Translations under genes and position numbers: made by a program | Origin: Dipteris shenzhenensis | Lineage: Eukaryota | Reading direction: 5' to 3' (one strand) | NCBI GenBank assembly: GCA_047967505.1 | Contig: CM106538.1 | DNA length: 64,000 nt | In this document: piece after piece, positions 62,480 to 64,000 of the stretch | Numbering within the stretch: position 1 is the stretch's first letter | Layout: each line of letters begins with the position of its first letter | Notes under the pieces: generated by a model | Database searches by the model: none | What the model was told of the DNA's origin: nothing | The model's input: only the letters and a program-made list of their open reading frames with translations

Positions 62480-64000
62480 CATGAGCTTTCACGCACCCCT
62501 AGCCCTGCCATGCTGTTCTGCCCCTAGCCCCATCATGCTGCTCAGCTCTACTATGCTCCACCCTGCCATGCTACTCCGCCACCTCCTTCAGCCCTCCCAC
62601 CATGCTGCTTTGCCGCCCCTTGGCAGCCTAGCAGCCTCCCTAGCCTAATAGCCTGTGCCACCTCCCCTAGCCTTTCTGCCTCTAGCCTCCCCACCTTAGC
62701 TCCTATCCTCTTTGCCTCAGCCCCTAGCCCCTAGCCCTACCCCCAGCCCCTAGTCCTGCCACCCTAGCCTAGCCCGCTGCACAAACCCCCCTAGCCCCGC
62801 CTCTCAACCTCAAGCCTCGCCTCAGCCCCTAACCTCTCCACCTCTGCCCACTACCCTGCCACTAGTCTACCTCCCACCTACTGTTTAGCACTAGTTGCCT
62901 TACCTATGTACCTAAACAATACAACAAGCTTGCATGAGGGCCAATAAAGTCCCTTGAAATTCTGTGCCAGGGGTACATAGGCCCTTCGGGCTGTGACTGA
63001 ACAGAGAAGCCCCCCCCGAACTGCAATCGCAAGATGATGCCCCAGGCTCCCCCGTGAGTTGCTACCTCCACTCCACTAGCAAACTGCAGAAAAAAGAAGC
63101 TAAAAAATCAGGTTAAAAAAAAAAAGAAAAGACCAGCCTGATGACACGGAGCTATGTTAAGGCACTCGACAATGCAATGCAAGTGTACATGGCAGGAACA
63201 CCCCCAAAGAATACCTCCGAGGTATTGACCCACCTTGGCAAAACTTGCTTGGCCTTGATCGAAAAGGTCAATAGCCTCAAGACCACTAATGTGGCATTGA
63301 TGGTAGAAAAGATGCATATTGACAAGACCTTGAATAAAATCAAGAAGCAAGGAGGGTGTATACAAGAAGAATGGCGAAAGAAGAAAGGGAAGAAGGATGA
63401 ATGGGAAAAGGAGAAAGAGGCATGGGAAGATGAGAAGATCATAATCAAGGACAAAATGTAGGCCATGGGGATAGAATTACAGCAATTGAGAGATATGCAG
63501 GGGGTACCAGAAGGTATGTGCAAAGCAATGGAAGAGATGAGAGCCGAGAATGAGATGCTTAAGAAGGAGATGGCAACGCTACAAATAACCATACAAGGGA
63601 AGCATGCTGAGTTCACATAGCAAATCAGTAAAGGTAATGCAGACATACTAGAACGAAAGAATCTGGTTAAGAAGGGTACGGCAGCCCCCAAGAAAGAGAT
63701 CATCTCTGAAGCCTTGGAGGAAGAGAAAAGGAGGAGTAGCAAGGCATTGAATGTCCTGGTTAGAGGCCTAACAGTTGGAGACACCCTTATGTCCGATGCT
63801 ACGACATTGTTCACCAAAATGGGAGTCAAAGAATTGACAGAGGTGACAAGGGAGAAGGGAAGAAAGGGGAGAAAGAAGAGGGTGAACTATGATGGTGCCA
63901 GAGCCAGGAGAAGAGTGCACAAAACAAGCTGAGTATGGCTATATGGAATTGTAATGGCACACATTGGTCTGACCCAAGTGTTGTGGGGCAGGATACACCT
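62480..64000 (+). mobile_element. Probable third LINE: C-rich CTAGCC-repeat leader and decayed coiled-coil ORF1
   Basis: ORF pieces 63141-63932 share one frame with in-frame stops. They are heptad/charge-rich and end in EEEKRRSSKALNVLVRGL, resembling the 'R..N.....G.' RRM entry of coiled-coil LINE ORF1s. Confidence 0.5.

Overview
This is repeat-rich nuclear DNA from a large-genome land plant; a fern or lycophyte is my inference from intron size and element style. The only host gene I can support is BIN4/MIDGET (topoisomerase VI accessory subunit) on the minus strand. Five coding exons run from the ATG at 31300 down to 4894, and the gene continues past the left edge. Its fourth intron is 23.5 kb (5006-28518). 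It holds a tandemly duplicated ~1.2 kb unit, a non-autonomous LTR element with a TSD, a full-length L1 LINE with a 17-bp TSD, LTR debris and an older L1. The next intron holds a gag-only LTR element with a tRNA-Glu-like primer site. Upstream of the gene (32-64 kb) lie two decayed copies of an Athila/Tat-like Ty3/gypsy family, two head-to-head copies of a short-LTR Ty1/copia family, a further LINE-like ORF1 remnant, and mini/microsatellites. The most intriguing points are: (1) an extra, possibly Nudix-like, globular domain at the C-terminus of the young L1 ORF1; (2) the first ~26 nt of that L1 match one inverted unit of the gypsy LTR minisatellite 47 kb away; (3) a copia leader fragment inside gypsy pol ends where the truncated copia copy breaks off; (4) both L1s have an ATGA stop/start overlap; (5) several unrelated retroelements share C-rich leaders. 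No database searches were run, so family assignments come from motif recognition.
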